A DNA stretch of 32,000 bases, taken from NCBI RefSeq assembly GCF_018336915.1, contig NZ_CP064925.1:30001-62000 (forward strand), given 5' to 3'. Origin of the DNA: Acaryochloris marina S15 (lineage in GTDB: Bacteria > Cyanobacteriota > Cyanobacteriia > Thermosynechococcales > Thermosynechococcaceae). Under the pieces are notes generated by a model. The model did no database searches, was not told where the DNA came from, and worked only from the letters and a program-made list of their open reading frames with translations. Of the stretch, positions 8,244 to 17,811 are shown one piece after another. Both the position numbers and the translations under genes were made by a program. Within the stretch, counting starts at the first letter, position 1. Each line of letters begins with the position of its first letter.

Positions 8244-10310
8244 CTATCTGCTTTCTGGTTCAGGGAGCGTAAAGCAAAAGGTACTGCCTTGGCCTAACTC
8301 GCTATCTGCCCAAATAGTGCCGCCATGCTGCTGCACGATATTTCGACAGATAGCTAAGCCAAGACCTGTGCCTCCTTGCTCACGGGAATCAGAACCATTG
8401 ACTTGTTGAAATCGATCAAAAATGATTTCCAATTTATCCGCCGAAATTCCCTTGCCATGATCTTTGACCTGAAATAGGACATGTGAAGAAGCGGAAATAC
8501 CCCTTTCAAGAGAAGCTTGTTGATTACCCTGTGATAGCAATAGCGTATTGCCATTCTGCGTTAGAACACTGAGCCCTATCGTTGATCCAGAACTTGAGAA
8601 TTTAATCGCATTGCTAACGAGATTCACAAGAACTTGAATGATACGATCTTCATCCGCCCAGACTTGATGGGTGGTCGGTGTAATGACGAGGCAGATATCT
8701 TTGTTATCCGCTGTATGGCTTAGGAGTTCAACAACTCTCTGCATCAGTAATGCCGCACTGCACCACTGCTGATGCAATATGATTTTGCGTAATTCAAGAC
8801 GTTCTAAATCTAAGATGTCATTCACCAGGCGAACCAAACGTTCTGATTCAGTAGCAGCAATTTCGAGCATCTGTTTACTTGTTTCTGGCTGTTCATTCAG
8901 TACCCCAGATGCTAATAATCCTAGTGAGCCATGAATAGAGGCAAGCGGGGTCCGCAGCTCATGGCTAACACTGGAGATAAACTCATTTTTCATCTGCTCT
9001 AGAGCACGACGTTCGGAAATATCTACAACCTGTATAACAAAATAGAGTGGCTCCCCTTGAGAATCGCGAACAAGGGAGCCACTACAAATGGTCCATAGGG
9101 TCTTACCCAATTTATGGAGTAACTTACTTTCAATCTGAAGATTAGATGTCAGATTAGTGATTAACTGTTGAACGCAGTTAGGATAATCACCAAGTTCTTG
9201 TGGCTGGATAAGGTCTTGAATGTCTAGCTGGAGTAGTTCTGGTTTGGAATAGCCTAAGAGTTGGCAGAGGGCTGAGTTAACTTGCATGAAATGCCCGCTC
9301 ATGGTGAGCATAGCCATCCCATTCACTGCATTCTCGAAGGCGTTGCGCAGATGTGTTTCCCTGCTTAGGATCTGGGAGTAACTGTCGGATTGCTTCAGAG
9401 CAATCGCCAACTGATTGCTGATATCTTGAAGTAGTTCAGCATCACTAGTCTGCCACTGACGATAGTAAGAACAGCTATGGATAATTAACAGACCCCATAC
9501 CCGCGGCAAATGGTTGTCATCCATTTGCACAATGGGCGCAACAATTTTCGTTTTGACCCCAACCTGCTCCATGAACTCTGCTAGACAGTCAGCCCATTCA
9601 TCTTTGAACACATCTAAAACAATGCGAGGGTTCCCCTGACAGTAATGCTCATAGCATTCATCCGGAAAACATTCATCCAGAAACATCATTTCCAATGTCA
9701 TCGGGTATTCTGGCACGACAGATTCCTTTATGACTATCCCAGATCCTTGTGAGGTGAGATGAAAGATAAGTACTCGATCTGCTTGTAAAGCTTGACGGAC
9801 TTCGGTAACAGTTGTGGATAAAATTTCGTCAAAGTCTAAAGACTGTCGGATATTTTGGGTGATATTAGCGAGCAGTTGCTTGCGGGCGAGTTGTTCTTCT
9901 AGGTGCCTCGTTCGGGATTGAAACTCAGGCTCTATTTCCTGATTGAGATTGGGGTGGTTTATCTGTGGCTCCTGATCTCTGATAATGTAACCTTCTACCC
10001 ATAGAAAGATAACCTGGCCTGATTCTGAGAAAATGGGTTTTATCGACAGTGTGAAGGGGTTGGAGATACCTGATAGGCTGATATAGGTGACATCTTGCTG
10101 AATCCTTTGTCCCAAAGCTACTTGAGCGATAGATGCTTGTAGCTGCTCTTGAAGGTCTGGTGAGTGTGTCCACCAAGGTGCTTCCCCAAAAAATTGACCG
10201 AGAATATTTGTCTTCTCTAAACCAATAGCATCTAGAGCTAATTGGTTTACCTCTAGAATAGTTCCATTAACAGTGAGTAATCCAATCAACTCAAAAGGCT
10301 GATTTGCCAT
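8244..10310 (-). CDS. Sensor histidine kinase (PAS-GAF-PAS-HisKA-HATPase)
   Basis: 688 aa. The H-box is FISSVSHELRTPLASI. The ATPase G-boxes are DHGKGI and GGTGLGLAICRNIVQQHGGTIW. The GAF-like segment is DEILSTTVTEVRQALQADRVLIFHL. PAS-like segments flank it. The stop at 8244 lies 50 nt upstream of the response-regulator ATG (8194). Confidence 0.9.
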   Translation of the reverse strand: MANQPFELIGLLTVNGTILEVNQLALDAIGLEKTNILGQFFGEAPWWTHSPDLQEQLQASIAQVALGQRIQQDVTYISLSGISNPFTLSIKPIFSESGQVIFLWVEGYIIRDQEPQINHPNLNQEIEPEFQSRTRHLEEQLARKQLLANITQNIRQSLDFDEILSTTVTEVRQALQADRVLIFHLTSQGSGIVIKESVVPEYPMTLEMMFLDECFPDECYEHYCQGNPRIVLDVFKDEWADCLAEFMEQVGVKTKIVAPIVQMDDNHLPRVWGLLIIHSCSYYRQWQTSDAELLQDISNQLAIALKQSDSYSQILSRETHLRNAFENAVNGMAMLTMSGHFMQVNSALCQLLGYSKPELLQLDIQDLIQPQELGDYPNCVQQLITNLTSNLQIESKLLHKLGKTLWTICSGSLVRDSQGEPLYFVIQVVDISERRALEQMKNEFISSVSHELRTPLASIHGSLGLLASGVLNEQPETSKQMLEIAATESERLVRLVNDILDLERLELRKIILHQQWCSAALLMQRVVELLSHTADNKDICLVITPTTHQVWADEDRIIQVLVNLVSNAIKFSSSGSTIGLSVLTQNGNTLLLSQGNQQASLERGISASSHVLFQVKDHGKGISADKLEIIFDRFQQVNGSDSREQGGTGLGLAICRNIVQQHGGTIWADSELGQGSTFCFTLPEPESR

Positions 10311-10351
10311 CTTAAATGTTTAGGCTTTTAGACCTTGGGGAGAGACTTGGA

Positions 10352-11838
10352 CGGGCGTAAGCAAAGGATCGGGGATGCATGGCTCAAAGAAAAACGGGTC
10401 AAGGACAATAGATCCTGTACCCGAACCAAAAAACTATCATGACCCTACCATCGCAATTGCTAACCGTGCTAGCCCATGACGAATTTCTAGAACAAACTGA
10501 AGCACTCAAAGTATCAACCAGCCTGAGTCAGATGGTTTATATCGTTCTGCAAATGGGCTTGTTTCTAGCTCGCTGTCTTCTGGAGGATGAACTCTCAAGG
10601 CGCGCGAAAGCAGTATTTGTATGGCCTGTATGTACTACCTGCGGAACCCGCTTACATTCGAAGGGATGGGAATCTCGTCAGATGCAGACACTGGTAGGCA
10701 CTATCTCTTGAAAGCGACGGGTGGGCCGTTGTCCCAAAGGATGTCCAGGCAGTCTGTTGACTCCCCTGGATCAAGCCATTGGGATTGCCCCCTATCAGCA
10801 CAGCAGCGAAGAACTGGTGCGTCTGGGCTGCTTGTTGAGTCTGTTCATGCCCTATGAACTGGCCAGTTGGATGCTGGGTCAGTGGAGTGGTCTATCCGTG
10901 AGTCCATCCAGTTTGTGGAACTGGGTGCAATCCGTGGGTAACAAAGCTCAGCAGGAATTAGAAGCTCAACTCAACGCTCAATCATCAGGGACTCAGGCCC
11001 CTTGTGAAGCGATTTCAGAGATGTTATCTGCTCTACCTTTGGCCATTGCCGCCGATGGTGTGATGGTCCCCTTTCGCCCCACCCCGAACTCACCCAAGGG
11101 AAAAATCCAGTGGCGAGAAGTCAAAGTCGCCATCTTAGCTCGCCTGGGAACACGGGTTACCCGAGCTAAAAAGGAGGTCCCCCAATTACTGCGTCGAAGA
11201 CTGGTGGCAGTATTGGGCGATATCGACCAGTTCATCCCTTTACTTCAACTCGAAGCTCACAAACAAGACTTTGAATCTGCTCCAAAAGTCATCTGGCTCA
11301 GTGATGGGGGACGAGGCTTCTGGCGAGTCTATCGCACCTTGTTCTCTCATTGTGCTGTGGCAGTCCTCGACTTTTTCATTCAGCAGGCCATCTGGCACGA
11401 GCAACTAAAGCGATGTTTGGAGATGCCCGCTCTGCTCAAGCCCAAGCCTGGTTCCGGCACTGGCGACACCAATTGCGACACGGGCAACACCTACTTGTAT
11501 TACGGTCCTTGACGATATTGATTCACTCACAACTGTTAACGGGAAAGTCTTTTTCAACGTTGCTCCAGGTGCAGGCTTATTTCCAACGCCATCATAACCA
11601 CATCCGTTATCGGCACTTTGAACAGCAACAGATTCCTCTCGGGTCAGGAATGGTTGAAAGTGCATGCAAGTGGTTGATTCAGCAGCGCTTTAAGGGAGTT
11701 GGCATGCGCTGGAGTGAGGATGGTTTCAACCATTTACTGATCTTGAGAATTGCCTGGGTCAATGAACGGTTTGACTCCTTATTCCCAGAGGTGACCATTC
11801 CGAAAACTAAGGCATCCCCGATCCGCTAAATACGCCCG
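10352..11838 (+). mobile_element. ISKra4-like insertion sequence, decayed
   Basis: The 27-bp imperfect inverted repeats are cgggcgtaagcaaaggatcggggatgc (10352-10378) and gcatccccgatccgctaaatacgcccg (11812-11838). A 7-bp direct repeat acttgga lies at 10345-10351 and 11839-11845. Confidence 0.7.
10439..11829 (+). pseudogene. ISKra4-family transposase pseudogene (one in-frame TGA, one frameshift)
   Basis: ORFs 10439-10711 and 10721-11512 share a frame, separated by TGA at 10709-10711 (..TLVGTIS*KRRVGRCPKGC..). The reading frame then shifts in the T5 run at 11372-11376 (..AVAVLDFF / HSAGHLARATKAMFGD..). The C-terminus is IPLGSGMVESACKWLIQQRFKGVGMRWSEDGFNHLLILRIAW. The family assignment is from memory of such motifs. 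Confidence 0.7.
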
Positions 11839-12231
11839 ACTTGGACATATGCCTAAAAAGGATTATAGGACTTGGGGTGCTGAGTAGATTGCGAGCTGCG
11901 GTATTTGCTAGCTAGACAATCTGCCCTTCATCCATGGAGTCTGTCCTTCAGTAAAGCCTTTATAAAGGTTGCTGTTAGAATTTTCATCATTAGCCCAGTG
12001 CCATTGATGTATTTTTTATAACGGATCAGATGGTCAAAAGAATTGAATTCATACAAAATTAACTTGTAAAACAGTCCAAAATGAAGAGCAGCAACAGTTA
12101 AGTTTATGATGCAGTCCATAGTTAAAGTCTGATCTGGCAAGCTGTTCTTTTCAAGTTGAGAGATTAATGATGTAGTATCTCAACTCAATCTACTAAGCAT
12201 TTACACGTTTTTGAAACCTATACCTAAAGTA

Positions 12232-12513
12232 TTACCAAGCAGGACCACCGCCACGATTTGCCATCCGATTTTTCTTGGGAGTTGCTTTATTCACGTTGAG
12301 ATTACGTTCCATCATCTCGACACCATCAAGAGCTGAAATGGCAGCCTCTTCCTCGCTATTAGCTTCCATGTCTACAAAAGCAAAACCTCTAGGACGACTT
12401 GTCTCACGGTCTGTAGGAATATTGCCCCTAGTGACTGTTCCATACTCTGAAAAGACTGTATTGATATCCGCTTCAGTCATAGTAAAAGACAGGTTACCAA
12501 CATAAATTGACAT
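12232..12513 (-). CDS. RRM-type RNA-binding protein (cyanobacterial Rbp-like, short C-terminus)
   Basis: It starts at ATG 12513: MSIYVGNLSFTMTEADINTVFSEYGTVTRGNIPTDRETSRPRGFAFVDME.. RNP2 is IYVGNL and RNP1 is RGFAFVDM. Its N-terminus is the same as the second copy at 17812. The longer track ORF (to 12549) uses a non-ATG start upstream. Confidence 0.9.
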   Translation of the reverse strand: MSIYVGNLSFTMTEADINTVFSEYGTVTRGNIPTDRETSRPRGFAFVDMEANSEEEAAISALDGVEMMERNLNVNKATPKKNRMANRGGGPAW

Positions 12514-12876
12514 AGTTAATTTTCCTAAGATAAAAGGTGATGCTGTCAAGCACTGTTAAATATAGTCTCGAGGAATCTGATGAAGTTCTTAACAATCGTC
12601 ACCTACCTATCCAGCTGAGATTTTGAACCATAGCAAATTTCATCTTCCTAAATTTAGGGCTCAAATATGAGGAAATTGTGAGAATTAAAAGTAATTTCAT
12701 CTATTTTTAGAAAACTGGCATTAGAAGAATAGAATTGTATCTATCCCACAATTTTCTTTAGCTTAGTCAATATTTCTCCTAAAAATGAGAGGAATTTACG
12801 TAGAGTGTACAATTACTTATTAGAAGATAAAAATATTTACTGAAAGCTTTGGGAAAGGCTAGGCCATCCCTAGATG

Positions 12877-12902
12877 CTATGTCTGAGTTCTCAGACATAG
12901 CA
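12877..12902. promoter_or_regulatory. Perfect 26-bp palindrome upstream of the hybrid kinase gene (candidate operator or hairpin)
   Basis: The sequence gctatgtctgag-tt-ctcagacatagc has 12-nt arms and lies 96 nt upstream of ATG 12998. It is followed by a tandem near-repeat of cctttt(t)aagat in ..aggccttttaagattaagacctgcctttttaagatg.. (about 12943-12976). Confidence 0.4.
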
Positions 12903-12997
12903 AGAAAATCACATTACTAGCCATTCAAGCTAAGGTTCCTAGGCCTTTTAAGATTAAGACCTGCCTTTTTAAGATGTCCTCTTAGCTTTTCATAGTT

Positions 12998-15900
12998 ATG
13001 CGGCAAATCTCAGCTTTTTCGTTGGATCAGACACTCGATCTCCTTTCGCTTACGGTTGCGCCTGATACGCCTTTGCCTGCAGCAATTTGTCAAATGGGGC
13101 AGACCTCGATTCATTGTCCTCTTCCTTCAAGAAAGAATGCGGCCCCTCATCAGCGATCGACGGCTGTTCAGCACAGAGGTTGTGTTGTTGTGTTGGACAA
13201 TTCCCAACTAGTCGGTATCCTGACTGAACGAGATATTGTCAGGCTGATTGCAGAACATCGATCTCTAGCTGAACTAACCGTTGCGGATGTCATGTCGCAG
13301 CAGGTCATGACCTTGAAAGCTGAGGATAACCTAGATGTTCTCTCGACTCTAGATCTGATGCGACATCATCAGATTCACCATTTACCAGTGATTGATGAGC
13401 AAGGACAGGTTTTGGGGTTGCTAACACCCAGCCAGTTACGTAGTCTTCTAGAGCCTGCTGATTTGATGGAAATCCGTCAGGTCCATGAAGCAATGAACTC
13501 GATGGTCATTCATGCATTGCCGAAGGAGTCATTATTCCAGATTACTCAGATCATGACTCAACATCAGGTGAGCTGTGTGGTGATTGTTAAACCAAGAGAT
13601 GGACCTGCCCATGCTCTCAGCCCGATTGGGATCATTACTGAGCGAGATATTGTCCAGTGCCAGCGGCTAGAGTTGAATTTGGAGCGAACCCAGGCTGAGA
13701 AGGTGATGAGTACACCGCTTTTTCTTGTTGACCCAAAAGATTCTCTATGGACAGTACACCAGACGATGCGACGCCATAAAGTGCAACGGCTAGTGGTGGC
13801 TGATACTCAAGGGAACTTGCAGGGAATTATTACACAGAGTCATCTGTTGCCTGTGGACCCAGTTGAGATGTACGAAATGCTGGATCTGTTGCAGCAACGC
13901 AATCAGAACCTTGAGCAAATGGTTCAAGAGCGATCCTCGAAGCTACAGCGACGTGAAGAGATGCTGCACAACTTAGCATTGGGGGTGGCAGCGGAGACAG
14001 GGAAGGATTTTTTGAGATCGCTAGTGAAAGCGCTAACCAAGTCATTAAGAGTAGACTATGCCTTCATCGGTGAAGTTCGTGAGCCTGTTCACTGCATACG
14101 CACCCTAGCCGGTTATGGTGACGGGCAGGAGATAGAGAATTTTGAGCACGATTTGACTGAAACTCCCTGTGAGAGAGTTGTGGAGAAAGAGACCTGTCTC
14201 TATCCATCCAATGTTCAGCAACTTTTTCCTCAAGACTTATTACTCCAGCGTTACCAAGTTGAAGGATATTTAGGGACACCCTTGATTAATGCTGCGGGTG
14301 AAGTTATCGGATTAATCTCTATTTTGAGTCGTCGCACCCTGCCAGACCCGCAGCTAATGACAGAGGTGCTGCAAGCTTTTGCAGCACGGGCTGCTGCTGA
14401 GCTAGAGCGACAAACTGTAGAAATTGAGCGGCAGCGATTCTTTGAACTATCTCTGGAGATACTCTGTATAGCTGGTTTGGATGGCTATTTCAAGCGGATC
14501 AATCCAGCTTTTGAGCGCATCTTAGGGTATACAAATGGACAGCTGTTGACGCAACCCTTTCTGAACTTTGTCCACCCGGAGGATCGTGCGGCCACTGCTG
14601 CTGAGGCGGAATCACTGGCTAGTGGTAGGCAGACCCTTACCTTTGAAAATCGATATCGCTGCTCAGATGGCTCTTATAAGTGGCTGTTGTGGAGTGCGAC
14701 ACCGGATCTTGAACAGCAACTGATCTATTGTGTCGGGCATGATATTACGGAGAGTAAGCAAGTTAAAGTAACTCTCCAGAAAAGTGAATCAAAGCTTCGT
14801 AGTTTCTTTGACAGTGCCCCCATGATGATGGGCGTTGTGGAACTCTTAGAGGATGACATTTTACATATTTCTGACAATGTAGTGACAGCTCGTTTGTTCA
14901 ATGTCACCCCAGTCGAGATGCAAAACAAACGAGCCAGCAAATTGGGTGTTCCCTTAAGCTACATTCGACAATGGATTGCTCAGTACCGGGAGGCGGCACG
15001 AACCCAAAAACCACAGAATTTTGAATATTCACACGAAACGGAGGTGGGTCAACGATGGTTATCCGCAACTGTAGTGGCCATCAAAGATAGGGTTGAACAA
15101 CCAACACGATTTGCTTATATCGTTAACGATATAAGCGATCTCAAGCAGGCAGAGACTGCCCAACAAGAAAGTCAACAGCGACTGAGCAGTATTCTAGATT
15201 CCCTGCAAGATATTGTCTGGTCTGTAACGGCAGATTCATTTGAGATGCTTTATCTCAGTCCTGCCGCTGAGACAATTTATGGTCAACCCATTACTGATTT
15301 TCTAAAACACCCGGAACTTTGGCTGCAAATGGTTCATCCTGATGATCGAGGTCGAATCAGAGCTTTTACGAATTCACTGATAGAAACTGGCAGCAATGAA
15401 ATGGAATATCGGATCGTTCGGCCTGATGGATCTATCCGCTGGTTATTGGACCACGCTTGGGTAATCTATGACGATGGCGGTACACCGATGCGGTTAGATG
15501 GTGTGGCCACTGACATCACGGATCGTAAACTTGCTCAACAACAGGTCCAAGAGCAAGCAGCGCTTTTGGATGTTGCAACAGATGCCATTTTGGTTCGAGG
15601 CATAGATAACCGGATATTATTTTGGAATAAAGGAGCAGAAACCCTCTATGGTTGGGCTTCTGAGGAAGTCTTAGGTCAAAATGCTAATCAGTTGCTCTAT
15701 CACGATGCAATGGATCAAGAAGAAGAAATTCATCCGTCCTTGACTCGTAAAGGGAGATGGGAAGGCAAATGTCAGCAAATCACAAAAGGGGGACAAGACA
15801 TCACGGTTATGAGTCGATGGACATTAGTGAAGGATGAGCTAGGCAACCCTAAATCAATCCTGACCGTCAACACAGACATCACTCAGCAAAAGCAATTAGA

Positions 15901-17077
15901 AACCCAGTTTCTTCGTGCCCAGCGACTAGAGAGTATTGGCACACTCACAAGTGGAATTGCCCACGATCTCAACAACATTCTTACTCCTATCTATGGGGTC
16001 GCTCAGCTCTTACCGATGCAACTCCCTGATACCAACGAACATATTCAGCATCAGTTTGAGATTTTGCAAGATTGTGCCAAACGTGGTGCCAAGATCATTA
16101 GCCAAATGCTATCGTTCTCCAGAGGTGTGGAGGGTGAACGCACGGCGCTGCAAATTAAACATTTAATTACAGAAATTCAGAGCTTCGCCTATAGAACCTT
16201 TCCAAAATCTATTGAACTCTCTATAGATGTGCCTGAAGATCTTTGGTCTGTTAGAGGAGATGCAACCCAGCTCGATCAGGTGTTCATGAACCTATTCATC
16301 AATGCTCGTGATGCGATGTCTGAGGGCGGAATTTTAAGCATTTCTGCAACGAATCTAATGCTAGATCAAACCTATGCTGCCAACCACATAGAGGCTCAGA
16401 CAGGCCCCTATATTCTAGCCACGATTACGGATACAGGGAGTGGCATCTCGGAAGATCACCTTGAGCATATCTTCGAGCCCTTCTTTACGACAAAGCAACC
16501 TGAGGGAGGGACGGGCTTGGGGCTATCCACTGTCCATAGCATTATTCAAAGTCATGGCGGTTTTGTCACTGCCTACAGTGAATTAGGTAAAGGGACTCAA
16601 TTTAAGATTTATCTGCCCGCGATTGAGGCAGCAGATGCAGTAGAGCAAGAAGCGTTAGATTTGCCCTCAGGGCACGAAGAGTTGGTGTTAGTAGTAGATG
16701 ATGAGGCCCCGATCCGTGAAGTCGCCCAACGTGTTCTAGAAAATCATCACTATAGAGTAGTGGTTGCTGTCGATGGCATTGACGCGATCGCCCAATATAC
16801 CCAGCATCAAACGGATATTAAAGTAGTTTTGATGGATATGACAATGCCCACATTAGGCGGGGCAACGGCCATCCAAATTATGCAAAAAATTAACTCTCAG
16901 TTAAAGGCTATTGTCGTCAGTGGTTTACCGGGTCATGAACAGGTTTCTTCAACGATCGGGGAGAGTGTTAAAGCTTTTCTCCAAAAGCCCTATTCCGCGG
17001 CTACCTTGCTAAGGACGTTACAGGATGTCCTTGAAAACAAGTCACAGGTAACAGATGAAGATACCGCTCAAAAGTGA
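12998..17077 (+). CDS. Hybrid sensor histidine kinase: 4xCBS, GAF, about 4 PAS, HisKA, HATPase and a C-terminal receiver
   Basis: 1359 aa. There are four CBS units (e.g. LVGILTERDIVRL, HHLPVIDEQGQVLGLLT, PIGIITERDIVQ, RLVVADTQGNLQGIITQ). The GAF segment is DYAFIGEV..GYLGTPLINAAGEVIGLISIL. PAS segments end in ..GHDITE, ..NDISDLK, ..TDITDRK and ..TDITQQK. The H-box is GIAHDLNNILTPI. The ATPase motif is GGTGLGLSTVHSIIQSHGG. The REC domain is LVLVVDDE..VLMDMTMP..VVSG..QKPY. Confidence 0.92.
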   Translation: MRQISAFSLDQTLDLLSLTVAPDTPLPAAICQMGQTSIHCPLPSRKNAAPHQRSTAVQHRGCVVVLDNSQLVGILTERDIVRLIAEHRSLAELTVADVMSQQVMTLKAEDNLDVLSTLDLMRHHQIHHLPVIDEQGQVLGLLTPSQLRSLLEPADLMEIRQVHEAMNSMVIHALPKESLFQITQIMTQHQVSCVVIVKPRDGPAHALSPIGIITERDIVQCQRLELNLERTQAEKVMSTPLFLVDPKDSLWTVHQTMRRHKVQRLVVADTQGNLQGIITQSHLLPVDPVEMYEMLDLLQQRNQNLEQMVQERSSKLQRREEMLHNLALGVAAETGKDFLRSLVKALTKSLRVDYAFIGEVREPVHCIRTLAGYGDGQEIENFEHDLTETPCERVVEKETCLYPSNVQQLFPQDLLLQRYQVEGYLGTPLINAAGEVIGLISILSRRTLPDPQLMTEVLQAFAARAAAELERQTVEIERQRFFELSLEILCIAGLDGYFKRINPAFERILGYTNGQLLTQPFLNFVHPEDRAATAAEAESLASGRQTLTFENRYRCSDGSYKWLLWSATPDLEQQLIYCVGHDITESKQVKVTLQKSESKLRSFFDSAPMMMGVVELLEDDILHISDNVVTARLFNVTPVEMQNKRASKLGVPLSYIRQWIAQYREAARTQKPQNFEYSHETEVGQRWLSATVVAIKDRVEQPTRFAYIVNDISDLKQAETAQQESQQRLSSILDSLQDIVWSVTADSFEMLYLSPAAETIYGQPITDFLKHPELWLQMVHPDDRGRIRAFTNSLIETGSNEMEYRIVRPDGSIRWLLDHAWVIYDDGGTPMRLDGVATDITDRKLAQQQVQEQAALLDVATDAILVRGIDNRILFWNKGAETLYGWASEEVLGQNANQLLYHDAMDQEEEIHPSLTRKGRWEGKCQQITKGGQDITVMSRWTLVKDELGNPKSILTVNTDITQQKQLETQFLRAQRLESIGTLTSGIAHDLNNILTPIYGVAQLLPMQLPDTNEHIQHQFEILQDCAKRGAKIISQMLSFSRGVEGERTALQIKHLITEIQSFAYRTFPKSIELSIDVPEDLWSVRGDATQLDQVFMNLFINARDAMSEGGILSISATNLMLDQTYAANHIEAQTGPYILATITDTGSGISEDHLEHIFEPFFTTKQPEGGTGLGLSTVHSIIQSHGGFVTAYSELGKGTQFKIYLPAIEAADAVEQEALDLPSGHEELVLVVDDEAPIREVAQRVLENHHYRVVVAVDGIDAIAQYTQHQTDIKVVLMDMTMPTLGGATAIQIMQKINSQLKAIVVSGLPGHEQVSSTIGESVKAFLQKPYSAATLLRTLQDVLENKSQVTDEDTAQK

Positions 17078-17233
17078 AGCAACAATAATCCGTTAGAACA
17101 AGAAGCGAACGATCATACTGGAGAATCGTTGGGGTGCGGCCATAGGCAGTGTGCAGTGTTCATAGCAAAGGGTGAGGACTGAAGAGTTTCCTGGGTCTTT
17201 TCAGGGAGTGTCAAGACTTTTGTGTAAGCCCAA

Positions 17234-17527
17234 TCACCCCCAAATCCTCGCCACTCTCTCCCGCTCCAGCCCCATCTGAACCATCTCCCCGATCCTCTCC
17301 ATTGTCTCACCAGGACGCAGCTCAATCACCTGCAAAACCTCAAAGTTCTCCTCAATCTCAACGGCGCACTCCAAGCAAAAATCAGGAGTAGCAAACGATT
17401 CCCTCACAAAAGGCTTCCCCGTTCCCGCAACCGTAATCCAGTACTGCCCGAATCCATTCTTGGCAACAGCCAGCTCCTCCAGCTCCCCTCGCCTCCTGGT
17501 CTGCTCAAACAAATTCTTCTGACCCAA
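17234..17527 (-). CDS. Small conserved protein of unknown function, paralog copy 3 (start uncertain)
   Basis: ..QYWITVAGTGKPFVRESFATPDFCLECAVEIEENFEVLQVIELRPGETMERIGEMVQMGLERERVARIWG. Amino-acid similarity to copy 1 continues upstream of the listed TTG start (RQPRIPSISADLERRFRNLE vs RVRPPRVSRDFEAKFHALE) up to a TAG. The overlapping ORF 17404-17745 is in another frame. Confidence 0.6.
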   Translation of the reverse strand: MGQKNLFEQTRRRGELEELAVAKNGFGQYWITVAGTGKPFVRESFATPDFCLECAVEIEENFEVLQVIELRPGETMERIGEMVQMGLERERVARIWG

Positions 17528-17811
17528 CTCCAGATTCCTGAATCGCCTCTCCAGGTCAGCCGATATACTAGGAATTCTCGGTTGACGGGAACTCTGTTTT
17601 GCCTAAAAGCTTCGGGGTGGGAGTAGCGGGCTTGGGTTGCTCCGGGGTGGTCTGGGGGGTGGGCTTGGAGTTGAGGCTGATGATTTGGGGGTTCATTAGC
17701 TTTTGCTGGATACGTTAGCATGATCATTGAGAGTGCCAATATCAAATCACCAGTTACTTCTCTGAAGTTGGCACAAAAACTTAAGCAACATACTACTTTG
17801 GATTATTTGTC

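Noticed and set aside
11928-12140. 70-aa minus-strand ORF
   Set aside because: It has a TTG start, lies in AT-rich sequence, and has no recognisable motif or paralog. The evidence is insufficient to call a gene.
12154-12185. Hairpin (agttgaga ... tctcaact) downstream of rbp as an intrinsic terminator
   Set aside because: It has only an 8-bp stem with a 16-nt loop and no following U-tract on the rbp (minus) transcript. It is too weak to call.
12514-12549. Upstream extension of the Rbp ORF (MTASPFILGKLT..)
   Set aside because: It uses a non-ATG start. The ATG at 12513 gives the canonical MSIYVGNLS N-terminus, identical to the second Rbp copy.
17404-17745. 113-aa ORF overlapping paralog copy 3
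   Set aside because: Its downstream two thirds are an out-of-frame overlap of the conserved small gene. Only its 5' part might be a remnant of that gene's original N-terminus (noted under the paralog finding).
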